In this document: one piece after another, positions 17,566-25,358 of the stretch
Position numbering within the stretch: position 1 is the stretch's first letter
How the letters are laid out: each line of letters begins with the position of its first letter
Assembly: GCA_903953565.1 (NCBI GenBank)
Contig: CAJBKE010000055.1
Location: 65,957 to 129,956 of the forward strand
Source: an uncultured Verrucomicrobiota bacterium
GTDB lineage: Bacteria; Verrucomicrobiota; Verrucomicrobiia; Chthoniobacterales; JACTMZ01
DNA length: 64,000 nucleotides
Direction of reading: 5' to 3'
The notes under the pieces: model-generated
Seen by the model: only the letters and a program-made list of their open reading frames with translations
What the model was told of the DNA's origin: nothing
The model's database searches: none
Position numbers and translations under genes: made by a program

Positions 17566-18639
17566 TCAATCCTCCGCCCCGTCGCCGAAATGCTTGCGCG
17601 GCACCAAGTAACGCCCCACGTAATCCTTCACCGCCTCATGCAGCGGCGCAATGCCGCCCTGGTAGCCGGTGGACTTCAGCTTGGTCACGTCCGCTTCGGT
17701 GAAATACTGATATTGCGAACGCAAAGCCTCGGGCATGTCGATGAATTCGATCCGTGCCTCCCGCCCCATCGCCTCGAAGATCGGGTGAACCAAATCCAAC
17801 CACGTGTGCGCCTCGCCCGATCCGATGTTGAAAAGCCCGCCGGCTTTTTTCGTCGCCGCCAGGTGCAGGGTCATGGCGACCGCATCCTTCACATAAAGAA
17901 AATCCCGCTTCTGCCCGCCGTCCGGATAGTCCGGATGGTAGCTCTTGAACAGTTTCACCTGCCCCGTCTCCTCGATCTGCCGCCATGCCTTGCTCACCAC
18001 GCTGCGCATATCCCCCTTGTGCTCTTCGTTCGGACCGAAAATGTTGAAATATTTCAGCCCCACAATGCGACGCAAATACCCCTCGCGCTGCGCGTGCTGA
18101 TCGAAGAGCTGCTTGGAGTAACCGTAAGCATTGAGCGGACGCCACGCCGCCAGATCATCCGACAAATCATCCATCCCGGCCGATCCATCCCCGTAAGTCG
18201 CAGCCGACGAGGCGTAAACAAAGCGCGACCCGCGTGCCAAAGCCCACTCGGCCAACTGCCGGGAGCAGCCGAAATTATTCCGCAGCAAATAATCCGCATC
18301 CCTCTCCGTCGTCGACGAACACGCCCCGAGGTGGAACACATGGGTAAAATTCCCAAACGCCCCCGCCCTCTCCTCCAAGCGGTCGTAAAATTCGTCCGAA
18401 TCGACCAGCTCCTCGAAGCGCAGCGGGGCCAGATTCCGCCATTTGTCGTCCGTTCCGAGATGATCGACCACTACGATGCGATCCGTCCCGTGCCAGCGGT
18501 TGAGGGCGCCGACCAACACACTGCCGATGAATCCCGCCCCGCCCGTGACGAGAAAACGGGCCTTGCCGGAAAATTCCGTCCCGCGCCCGCCGCTACGCTT
18601 CGCTGTCTTCCTTTTCGCTGGTTGCTTCGCTTTGCCCAT
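17566..18639 (-). CDS. hldD: ADP-L-glycero-D-manno-heptose 6-epimerase
   Basis: FLVTGGAGFIGS Rossmann motif, then ..VVVDHLGTDDKWRNL.., YASSAATYGDG and NAYGYSKQLFD (YxxxK). Confidence 0.8.
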   Translation of the reverse strand: MGKAKQPAKRKTAKRSGGRGTEFSGKARFLVTGGAGFIGSVLVGALNRWHGTDRIVVVDHLGTDDKWRNLAPLRFEELVDSDEFYDRLEERAGAFGNFTHVFHLGACSSTTERDADYLLRNNFGCSRQLAEWALARGSRFVYASSAATYGDGSAGMDDLSDDLAAWRPLNAYGYSKQLFDQHAQREGYLRRIVGLKYFNIFGPNEEHKGDMRSVVSKAWRQIEETGQVKLFKSYHPDYPDGGQKRDFLYVKDAVAMTLHLAATKKAGGLFNIGSGEAHTWLDLVHPIFEAMGREARIEFIDMPEALRSQYQYFTEADVTKLKSTGYQGGIAPLHEAVKDYVGRYLVPRKHFGDGAED

Positions 18640-18725
18640 GCGCCGCCGAACCTAACCGCCCGCACCTCCGCCGTGCAAACCCCTTCGCATTGCCACCGCC
18701 CCGCAACACCCGTAACATCCCACCC

Positions 18726-20417
18726 ATGATTTCGCCGCGCTGGGAAACGCGGGATCCCGCCGATCCCATTGTTGCGCAACAACTCGCGCGCGAACTCGGC
18801 ATCTCCCAACTCCTCGCCTCCCTTCTCGCCGCCCGCGGCATCACCGATCCCGGCGAAGCCGATGAGTTCCTCCACCCCCGTCTCGCCTCACTGCCCGATC
18901 CGCTCGACACCCCGGGCATGGCCGATGCCGCGCGCCGCATCGCCCTCGCCGTCGAACGACGCGAGAATGTCGTGCTCTATGGTGACTATGACGTCGATGG
19001 CGTCACTTCCCTCGCCATCCTCCACCGCTTCCTCGCCGCGCTTGGACTCGAGACCGGATGGTTCCTGCCGCTCCGCGAATCCGAAGGTTACGGACTGAGC
19101 CGCGACGGACTCGACCGCGTTTTCGCCGAACGCCAACCCACGCTCGTCGTCGCCCTCGACTGCGGCACCGGTTCGCATGAAGAGGCCGCCTGGCTCGCCG
19201 CCCGCGGCGTCGATCTCGTCATCATCGACCATCACGAACCCAAACACGGCGCCGCCCCCTGCGCCGCACTGGTCAACCCCAAGGCCGTCGGCGGCAACAC
19301 CGACCTCTGCACCGCAGCCCTTGCCTTCAAACTCTGCCACGGCATCCAGAAAGTCACCGGACGCCGCGATCCGGACCTGCGCGACTTCCTCGACCTCGCC
19401 GCCATGGGCACCATCTGCGACCTTGCCCCGCTGCGCGGCGAGAACCGTGTCATAGTCCGCCACGGACTCACCCGCCTCGGCCAGACCAAATGGGAAGGTC
19501 TGCGCGCCCTCATGGAAGTCTCCTCCGTCATGCCGCCCGTCACCACCGCCGAAGTCGGCTTCCGCCTCGGGCCCCGCCTCAATGCCGCCGGACGCCTCCA
19601 CACGGCCGAAGCCGCGCTCCGTCTTCTTCTCACCGAAGACGCGGACGAAGCCCGCCGCATCGCCCGCGAACTCGACGTCTGCAACCGCGAACGACAAGAC
19701 CTCGAACAGCAGGTCCTCGAAGCCGCCTTTGCCGCGCTCGAAAAAAACTTCGACCCGTCCCGCGATTGCGCCGTGGTCGTCGGCGGCGACGGATGGCATG
19801 CCGGTGTTGTCGGCATCGTCGCGTCACGCCTCTGCCGCAAATACCATCGACCCGCCATTGTCATAGGATTCGACGACCAGGGTGATGGACACGGCAGCGG
19901 ACGCAGCATCGCCGCCCTTTCTCTCGTCGAAACCCTCGGCGACTGCGCTGAATTGCTCGGTCCTTTCGGTGGTCACCACATGGCCGCCGGATTGAGCATC
20001 ACCCGACAGAACTTCGCCGATTTCCGCGAAAAGTTTTCCGCTGCCGCCGGTCGCCGCTTGCAGCCGCAGGATCTCGTCCCCCGCCTCACGCTCGACGCAC
20101 GCATTGACGTCGCCGAACTCGAACACGCCCACCTCGAAGAGTTGTCCCTGCTCGAACCCTGCGGCATGGGCAATCCCGCGCCGCTTTTCTACGCCCGCGC
20201 CGTCGCCCCCGTGCACGGCCCCGACGTGCTCAAAGAAAAACACGTCCGTTTCCGCGTACGCGGACGCGAAGAACTCCTCGCCGCCATCTACTTCAACGGC
20301 GCGAGCCAAGACTTTCCCCGCGCCCCCTGGGACGTCGCCTTCAAACTCGTCCGCAACGAATACCGCCAACGCGTCAGCCTCCAACTCGAAGTCCAACACC
20401 TCCGCTCCGCCGCCTGA
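18726..20417 (+). CDS. recJ: Single-stranded-DNA-specific exonuclease RecJ
   Basis: DHH-family motifs VVLYGDYDVDGVTS, ALDCGTGS and VIIDHH, plus DHHA1 GGHHMAAG. Start set at MISPRWETR. Confidence 0.9.
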   Translation: MISPRWETRDPADPIVAQQLARELGISQLLASLLAARGITDPGEADEFLHPRLASLPDPLDTPGMADAARRIALAVERRENVVLYGDYDVDGVTSLAILHRFLAALGLETGWFLPLRESEGYGLSRDGLDRVFAERQPTLVVALDCGTGSHEEAAWLAARGVDLVIIDHHEPKHGAAPCAALVNPKAVGGNTDLCTAALAFKLCHGIQKVTGRRDPDLRDFLDLAAMGTICDLAPLRGENRVIVRHGLTRLGQTKWEGLRALMEVSSVMPPVTTAEVGFRLGPRLNAAGRLHTAEAALRLLLTEDADEARRIARELDVCNRERQDLEQQVLEAAFAALEKNFDPSRDCAVVVGGDGWHAGVVGIVASRLCRKYHRPAIVIGFDDQGDGHGSGRSIAALSLVETLGDCAELLGPFGGHHMAAGLSITRQNFADFREKFSAAAGRRLQPQDLVPRLTLDARIDVAELEHAHLEELSLLEPCGMGNPAPLFYARAVAPVHGPDVLKEKHVRFRVRGREELLAAIYFNGASQDFPRAPWDVAFKLVRNEYRQRVSLQLEVQHLRSAA

Positions 20418-20456
20418 TCTCCCACGGAAGGATCCGTTGGAGTTTTTTCTTCCCAG

Positions 20457-20520
20457 GTAGGGTCGGCTGGCCTCTCCGAGCCGGAGGCTCTACGAGCAGG
20501 AGGCCAGCCGACCGCTGCAG
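20457..20520. repeat. R3-related palindromic element (possible recJ terminator)
   Basis: GGTCGGCTGGCCTC (20461-20474) pairs with GAGGCCAGCCGACC (20500-20513). The pair encloses CTCCGAGCCGGAGG and is followed by T7. The core resembles the copies at 26157, 26491, 30343 and 59479. Confidence 0.5.
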
Positions 20521-20582
20521 TTTTTTTGCCCCCGGCAGGGATCCGCCACCCTCAGCGGCCACCCATCTCCCCCGCTTCCATA

Positions 20583-20611
20583 TTGCCAACCACGCAGGTC
20601 AGTGCTTAACT
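20583..20611 (+). promoter_or_regulatory. Candidate sigma70-type promoter for tRNA-Ala
   Basis: TTGCCA-N17-TTAACT, ending 14 nt before the tRNA 5' end. Confidence 0.35.
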
Positions 20612-20625
20612 CTCCCTCTAGTTTC

Positions 20626-20698
20626 GGGGTCATAGCTCAGTTGGTAGAGCGCCTCAATGGCATTGAGGAGGTCTGGGGTTCGAATCCCCATGGCTCCA
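20626..20698 (+). tRNA. tRNA-Ala (anticodon GGC)
   Basis: A 73-nt cloverleaf folds by hand: acceptor GGGGTCA/TGGCTCC with the G3:U70 Ala identity pair, anticodon arm CCTCA-atGGCat-TGAGG, T-arm TGGGG-TTCGAAT-CCCCA. CCA is not encoded. Confidence 0.9.
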
Positions 20699-20764
20699 CT
20701 CCCCAGGCTTTTTCGCCCCAAGAAAAAAGCGCGCCAAACCCGCGCCCCGCCATAATTCCTCTTT

Positions 20765-20832
20765 TCGACTCTTCGTCTTTCGTCTCTTGGTCGCTTAGTC
20801 TATCCGCGTCGATCCGCGTTAATCCGTGGCTA
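20765..20832. repeat. TCGTCTY/TTGGTCG heptads followed by an R1 tail (3 x 10-bp ATCCGYGNNN)
   Basis: tcgtctt tcgtctc ttggtcg cttagtc, then atccgcgtcg atccgcgtta atccgtggct a. The tail contains the GT26 stop codon. Confidence 0.6.
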
Positions 20833-21592
20833 AATCTTCTTCGTCCTTCAACCGCGCCACCGGACTTTTGTCCCGGTAACGCGCGACCATTCCAATCAAA
20901 GGCAACGCACTCCAATACCGCGGAATGAACTTCCTCGGCTCGTAAATGCAACGCATGAGCCATCCGAGCCCACTGCGGTCGGCCCACACCGGAATCTTCG
21001 CCTGCGTTCCCGCGAGAAAAGCTACCGCGGCACCCGTGCAAACAATACCCGGACACAGATCAAGCCGCTCCCGCAACCACGCGCCGAGCACTTCCTGCTT
21101 TCCACCCGCAAGATTGAGAAACACCACCCGCGGCTTCGCACTCTTCAGTCTCCGCAGCAGTTCTTCATCCTTGATCGGATACCCGCGGTAAAACGGCGCC
21201 ACATACATATTCCCCTCGTCCACCGGAAAACCCTGCGTCCGCAACCACTCCGCAATCTTCCGCCCCTCCTCCTCCGTCGGCATCACCCAAAACGCCACCC
21301 CCGGCTCCGCCAACGCCGGATCCGCCAAAATCGCCTCGAGAAACTTCAACCCCGAATGCCGCGGCACACTCTTGCCCGTCGCCGCGCGATACACCGCCAC
21401 CATCACTGCGCTATCAGTCAACGCCACATCCGCAGTTTCCACCGCATGCCGATAATCCGGAACACTTCGCAACTCATTGGCCAAGTTCGGACCCGACGGC
21501 GCGACCACGAGCCCGCCACGCCAAGTCTCCGCCACCGCCCCCTCCACAGAGCCGGTAAAAAACGGAATCCCTAAAATTCGTTCGCGCGCCAT
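20819..21592 (-). CDS. WecB/TagA/CpsF-family (GT26) glycosyltransferase
   Basis: ILGIPFFTGS.., VVFLNLAGGKQEVLGAW, GTGAAVAFLAGT and PRWM-like ..LGWLMRCIYEPRK blocks typical of GT26. Confidence 0.8.
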   Translation of the reverse strand: MARERILGIPFFTGSVEGAVAETWRGGLVVAPSGPNLANELRSVPDYRHAVETADVALTDSAVMVAVYRAATGKSVPRHSGLKFLEAILADPALAEPGVAFWVMPTEEEGRKIAEWLRTQGFPVDEGNMYVAPFYRGYPIKDEELLRRLKSAKPRVVFLNLAGGKQEVLGAWLRERLDLCPGIVCTGAAVAFLAGTQAKIPVWADRSGLGWLMRCIYEPRKFIPRYWSALPLIGMVARYRDKSPVARLKDEEDLATD

Positions 21593-21668
21593 GAAGCAGC
21601 GAAACCTAACGTCTTTCCCGGAAATAAAAAAGCGCGCTCATCGCGCGCTCCTTGCCTGTTATCTTGCC

Positions 21669-21813
21669 GGCTAAACCGCCGCCCGTCGGAACCGGAGGCC
21701 CGTCGGCCGTAGATGGCCCCATAGGCAATCACCCGACAGGCGGCACTCCCCCAGTCCGATCGGCTAACGGCCGTTCGGACATATCCGCGTTTATCTGCGT
21801 TAATCCGTGGCTA
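21669..21813. repeat. R1 element copy b (enlarged hairpin 1)
   Basis: GGCTAAACCGCC, then the 12-bp stem GCCGCCCGTCGG/CCGACAGGCGGC around a 44-nt loop, then GGCACTCCCCCAGTCCGATCGGC..GCCGTTCGGAC and three 10-bp units ending AATCCGTGGCTA. The terminal CTA is the stop codon of the next gene. Confidence 0.6.
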
Positions 21814-22377
21814 ATTCCTTCCGTCTTCGCTTTTCCATCGAGGACCTCGTTCGCTCGCCGGATTCCCCGCCACAATAGTATTCGCCGGGACATTCCGCGT
21901 GATCACAGAACCCGCCGCCGCCACCGCTTCTTCCCCGACCTCCACCCCCGGACCGACAAAAACCCCGGCTCCGATCCAAGCGCCACTGCCGATCGTGATC
22001 GGCGCATTGCGGTAGCTGAACTGCGGATCCCGGTAGTCATGGTTACCCGTGCAGAGAAAAGCTCGCTGAGAAATACACGCCTGCGCGCCGATCTTCACCG
22101 GTTCGAAATTCAGGATGAACACTTCTTCCCCGATCCACGCGTGATCACCCACCTTCAGTTTCCACGGGAAATGCACATTCACCCGCGGCTTGATCACCAC
22201 CCCCTCACCGACCTTCGCCCCGAACGCCCGCAGCAGCTTCGCTTTCAAGCCCATCGGCCAAGGCAATGCCGAAAGAAGAAACACACACTTCAGCAAATAC
22301 CACACCGCCTCGACCAACTTTGACCGCCCACGATCCAAGCCCTTCTCTGCATCGAACTGATCCAAACGCGTTTTCAT
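21811..22377 (-). CDS. Hexapeptide-repeat O-acetyltransferase (WcaF-like)
   Basis: LbH repeats IGAQACISQRAFLCTGNH, IGSGAWIGAGVFVGPGVEVGEEAV and the N-terminal membrane-associated segment resemble colanic-acid WcaF-type enzymes. Confidence 0.8.
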   Translation of the reverse strand: MKTRLDQFDAEKGLDRGRSKLVEAVWYLLKCVFLLSALPWPMGLKAKLLRAFGAKVGEGVVIKPRVNVHFPWKLKVGDHAWIGEEVFILNFEPVKIGAQACISQRAFLCTGNHDYRDPQFSYRNAPITIGSGAWIGAGVFVGPGVEVGEEAVAAAGSVITRNVPANTIVAGNPASERGPRWKSEDGRN

Positions 22378-22433
22378 GAAACAAAGTAGTCAGTCGTCAG
22401 GCAGCAGTAGTCGGTTGGGAAAGCGTCGACAGA

Positions 22434-22766
22434 TCACAGCAAATCGTCAACTTGTCGCCCCAGCGCCGGCAACTTTCGCATAATAACATCCCAAACGATG
22501 GCATCATCCACGCTGTCGTAGCCGTGAATCAGGCGGTTGCGAAAACTGATCATTTGCCGCGCATCAGGAACCTTCTCGAACACCTCCGGGAATCGATCGC
22601 GGAGGCGCGTGCAGGCTTCGCCTATCACTTCGAACTTCCGCTCCACCGCGGCACGGCATTTTCCATCTCGCGAGTAGGCCTCGAGATCTAGCCCGCGGGT
22701 GAAATCGCCGATATCATCCAGCGCCTGCCGGATATCGAGCAGAAGCTTGCTTCTCTCAGGCAGCAT
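22434..22766 (-). CDS. HepT-like (DUF86, HEPN) ribonuclease toxin
   Basis: The Rx4HxY motif is present in FRNRLIHGYDSV. The size is 110 aa and the gene overlaps the upstream MNT gene by 11 nt. Confidence 0.85.
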   Translation of the reverse strand: MLPERSKLLLDIRQALDDIGDFTRGLDLEAYSRDGKCRAAVERKFEVIGEACTRLRDRFPEVFEKVPDARQMISFRNRLIHGYDSVDDAIVWDVIMRKLPALGRQVDDLL

Positions 22767-23076
22767 AAATCAGCCGACTCGTCTCATCCACGATCCGGCG
22801 AAAAAACGGATTACGTATAGCTCTCGTTGTGACGAGGTCAACTGGACGATGGAAAATCTCCTCAAGCCCCTCCGCCAAGGCCATGTAACGATCGGCAATG
22901 CCGGGTTTGTCGCCATCGACAAAGTCGACTACCACATCGACGTCGCTGCGGGACTCATCAAATTTCTCCGTGGCAGCAGACCCGAAGAGACGAAGCTCAC
23001 GCACCGAAAGGTCGCGGCAGAGCTGCGCGACACGCGACTCGCCGCCTTCGAGAATGCCTTGGAATTCCTTTGTCAT
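22756..23076 (-). CDS. MNT minimal nucleotidyltransferase antitoxin (MntA-like)
   Basis: LRLFGSAATEKFDESRSDVDVVVDF carries the GS..DxD nucleotidyltransferase motif. Confidence 0.85.
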   Translation of the reverse strand: MTKEFQGILEGGESRVAQLCRDLSVRELRLFGSAATEKFDESRSDVDVVVDFVDGDKPGIADRYMALAEGLEEIFHRPVDLVTTRAIRNPFFRRIVDETSRLIYAA

Positions 23077-23158
23077 GTCTACCTAGCTCTCCTTACGCCA
23101 CACCTCACGAGCCCGCAAGCCCATCTCTTTCCTACTCAGAGCCTTCACCTCTGTCTTG

Positions 23159-23254
23159 GCGGGCAAACCGCCTCGAGCCGGGGTCACACGGCTCGAGGCA
23201 TTTCCCCAGTCCGTGCGGCTGTAAAGCCGCTCGAACTAATCCGCGTCTATCCGT
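23159..23254. repeat. R1 element copy c
   Basis: GGCGGGCAAACCG, then the perfect 10-bp hairpin CCTCGAGCCG-gggtcaca-CGGCTCGAGG (23171-23198), then CATTTCCCCAGTCCGTGCGGCT..AGCCGCTCGAAC and decamers. Confidence 0.65.
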
Positions 23255-23323
23255 GTTAATTTGGTCACAGCGGCGACCCGTCTCCGCTTCGCTCCGGCTG
23301 TGGCTAAACAACATGCATTTCAC

Positions 23324-23731
23324 TCAAGTCTCCAAATCAAGTTTCATCCCTCTCAACAGCACTGCTGTCGCCACCCATCCAACCAACGCCCCGCCAATCC
23401 CCCAGCAAGTCGCCGTCCAGTTGAAGTGCCGCGTCAGCACAAAGATCTGCGCGGAGTCCTTGGCAAACGGCGCGAACAGACACAGCGCAAACGACACCGC
23501 CTTCCACTCGGGTCGCAGTCCAGCAACCGCCCCTGCGCCAAAGACCGCCAGCAAAAAGAACGCCGGGAAGTTGCGCGTGTAGGCATGGAGCTCCAGATGA
23601 TACTTCAACCAATGCGGCAGGAATGGAATCGTCATCATCCGTCCGTCCTCACGCAGCGTGATCCAAGCATACGCCACCACCAGCACCACCAGCCCCGCTA
23701 GTGAGATGCCTCTGATAATGCCGGCTGTCAT
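23324..23731 (-). CDS. Hypothetical small membrane protein (about 4 TM helices)
   Basis: The hydrophobic segments GISLAGLVVLVVAYAW, FPAFFLLAVFGAGAVAGL, VSFALCLFAPF and WGIGGALVGWVATAVLL are visible. No recognisable motif. Confidence 0.45.
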   Translation of the reverse strand: MTAGIIRGISLAGLVVLVVAYAWITLREDGRMMTIPFLPHWLKYHLELHAYTRNFPAFFLLAVFGAGAVAGLRPEWKAVSFALCLFAPFAKDSAQIFVLTRHFNWTATCWGIGGALVGWVATAVLLRGMKLDLET

Positions 23732-23750
23732 TCGAATTACGCCAGGCCGC

Positions 23751-24011
23751 TCACCTGTAGACCTCTTTTCGATGAGCCACGCGAATGACCTCGATGATCA
23801 AAACGCGGCCGATTACCTCGTAGATCACGCGGTAGTCACCGACGCGAATACGATAGATGTGCTGGCTACCCGCCAACTTAGTGCATCCATCAGGCAATGG
23901 ATTTTCCGCCAGCGCCTCGACTGCCTCGATAATTCCGGGAATCTCATCGGGCCTGATCTTCCGAAGATCCTTCTTCGTCGATTTACGCCACGTGATCGCG
24001 TAGGAGGCCAT
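23751..24011 (-). CDS. RelE/ParE-family toxin
   Basis: ITWRKSTKKDLRKI.., YRIRVGDYRVIYEV..VLIIEVIRVAHRKEVY is typical of the RelE/ParE fold. Confidence 0.8.
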   Translation of the reverse strand: MASYAITWRKSTKKDLRKIRPDEIPGIIEAVEALAENPLPDGCTKLAGSQHIYRIRVGDYRVIYEVIGRVLIIEVIRVAHRKEVYR

Positions 24012-24186
24012 CGCGCTTCAATTCCGCCAAAAACTCCTCGTGCTTGATGGTTGGTTCCTCACGACGCTCCGCCACGGCAGCAAGATCCTCCATGTCTTCC
24101 ATAAATCTTGCGTAGTCCTCGATCGGCACGATGACAGCCGTCTTAGTCCCGTCTTCATCTGTCAAAAACTGGAGTGCCGTGCTCAT
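23983..24186 (-). CDS. Phd/YefM-like antitoxin
   Basis: DEDGTKTAVIVPIEDYARFMEDMEDLAAVAERREEP. The gene lies upstream of the RelE-type toxin and overlaps it. Confidence 0.65.
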   Translation of the reverse strand: MSTALQFLTDEDGTKTAVIVPIEDYARFMEDMEDLAAVAERREEPTIKHEEFLAELKRDGLLRDHVA

Positions 24187-24306
24187 GATTCACCTATTCG
24201 CATATCCGCCCGGAAAAGCCAGTTCGTTTTACCTCTTTGGAGGGCCAGGCTCCCCCAGAACCTCCGAAAGCCCCCTAGATTGCTCCAATCTCCACGCCGT
24301 TACTTT

Positions 24307-24374
24307 CCACTAGCCACCTTTGCACTCGCCACTGCGCGGTTTACGCGTTCGCTGCCTCCTCCGCGCAGCGCGAC
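24307..24374. repeat. Duplicate of the sequence around the 3' end of the mosaic GT4 gene (heptads CACTAGC CACC.. plus TTACGCGYTCGCTGCCTCC)
   Basis: ccactagccacct..gccactgcgcggtttacgcgttcgctgcctcc here matches tcactagtcacctgccaccgcgcgttttacgcgctcgctgcctcc at 25334-25380. Confidence 0.5.
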
Positions 24375-24602
24375 TCAAGCCGCAAACTCGTAGACTGGCG
24401 CTTCAATGCGCCGCACCGGCACGCTTTTGCCAGCAATGATCGCCTGCAATCTGTCGACGGTTTCGGGAGAGAAGAAAGCTTCGCCGGTTTCCTTCGAGAC
24501 CCGGGCGGGCACATGCTCGACGACAAACACCTCGCCGTCGCGCTCAAGAGTGTAAGTGATGAGTTTGTTTTCCATGGCAACGCGAGTGAAAACGGGCGCC
24601 AT
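24375..24602 (-). CDS. YgiT/MqsA-N-like small protein lacking the zinc cysteines
   Basis: LITYTLERDGEVFVVEHVPARVSKETGEAFFSPETVDRLQAII follows the YgiT-type zinc-ribbon pattern (..VVVxNVPAxVCxxCGExxxxxET..) but has no Cys. The start may instead be MENKL at 24575. Confidence 0.4.
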   Translation of the reverse strand: MAPVFTRVAMENKLITYTLERDGEVFVVEHVPARVSKETGEAFFSPETVDRLQAIIAGKSVPVRRIEAPVYEFAA

Positions 24603-24656
24603 AATTAACTATTGAGCTACTCTCATAGCTGCATGCTATCCGACGGAAGGTATCTT

Positions 24657-24950
24657 TCACGATCCAAATGGTCGCCGTCCGGCATACCGAATATGAGCTA
24701 TAACGACCTCCCCAAGCATAACGCGGTAAAAAATCAGGCATTTCTTGAAGTAAAGAAAACGGAATCCAGGACGAAACCTCCAAATAGGGAAGCGCTCGGG
24801 AGCCCCCTCTAACGACTCCGCCGCATCCAAGATGCCGCGCAAGTATTCGTCGGCGACCACATCACACGCAGAAGCCTCGAAGACGTCTTCACGAACCTTG
24901 ATCAAGTCGCGTGATGCGCGACTGGCGTAACGGACAACGTATTTACTCAA
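24657..24950 (-). CDS. ParE/RelE-family toxin
   Basis: YVVRYASRASRDLIKV.., FRFLYFKKCLIFYRV..VVIAHIRYAGR. There is a 4-nt overlap with the upstream small gene. Confidence 0.75.
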   Translation of the reverse strand: MSKYVVRYASRASRDLIKVREDVFEASACDVVADEYLRGILDAAESLEGAPERFPIWRFRPGFRFLYFKKCLIFYRVMLGEVVIAHIRYAGRRPFGS

Positions 24951-25159
24951 AGCCCCAGTGCCCGCCGGATTTCCTCCGGCGAATGCAGACGTCCGGCAGC
25001 AACATCGGCCTCTGCCTCCGCCAGCGCGGCATTTATTTCTGCACGCTCGCGAGCATCGACATTTTGCAGCGAGAGAAGCTCCTCAGCTGTTTCCTTGACC
25101 AAAGCCAACTCCTCGGCGCTCGCCTCGCTCAAATGCTCAAGAATTTCCAGCGCACTCAC
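24947..25159 (-). CDS. Putative antitoxin partner of ParE
   Basis: 70-aa acidic helical protein immediately upstream of, and overlapping, the ParE-type gene. Confidence 0.55.
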   Translation of the reverse strand: MSALEILEHLSEASAEELALVKETAEELLSLQNVDARERAEINAALAEAEADVAAGRLHSPEEIRRALGL

Positions 25160-25215
25160 TAACTACCTTATACTCTTTGAGGCAAAATCGGTCAATCCCG
25201 CGCCCTCTCGTTTAC

Positions 25216-25325
25216 GGACAAACCGCCTTACACTGAGGTCACTCGGTGCGAGGCATTTCATTAGTCCGAACGGCTGCAAGCCGCTCGGACCCCATCCGTG
25301 GCTATCCGCGTAAATCCGTGGCTAA
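25216..25325. repeat. R1 element copy d
   Basis: GGACAAACCGCC, then the hairpin CCTTACACTGAG-gtca-CTCGGTGCGAGG, then CATTTCATTAGTCCGAACGGCTGCAAGCCGCTCGGAC, then atccgtggct atccgcgtaa atccgtggct a. Confidence 0.65.
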
Positions 25326-25358
25326 AGTCTTTTCACTAGTCACCTGCCACCGCGCGTT

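Noticed and set aside
20457-20520. Interpreting the 14-bp inverted repeat plus T7 purely as the recJ terminator.
   Set aside because: The core is a member of the dispersed R3 family and the T-run is separated from the stem by 7 nt. It is listed as a repeat with a possible terminator role only.
20626-20698. tRNA-Ala as the attachment site of an integrated genomic island covering the polysaccharide locus.
   Set aside because: No integrase or recombinase gene is present, and I could not find a direct repeat of the tRNA 3' end anywhere up to 52 kb. It is kept only as context in a finding, not as a mobile-element call.
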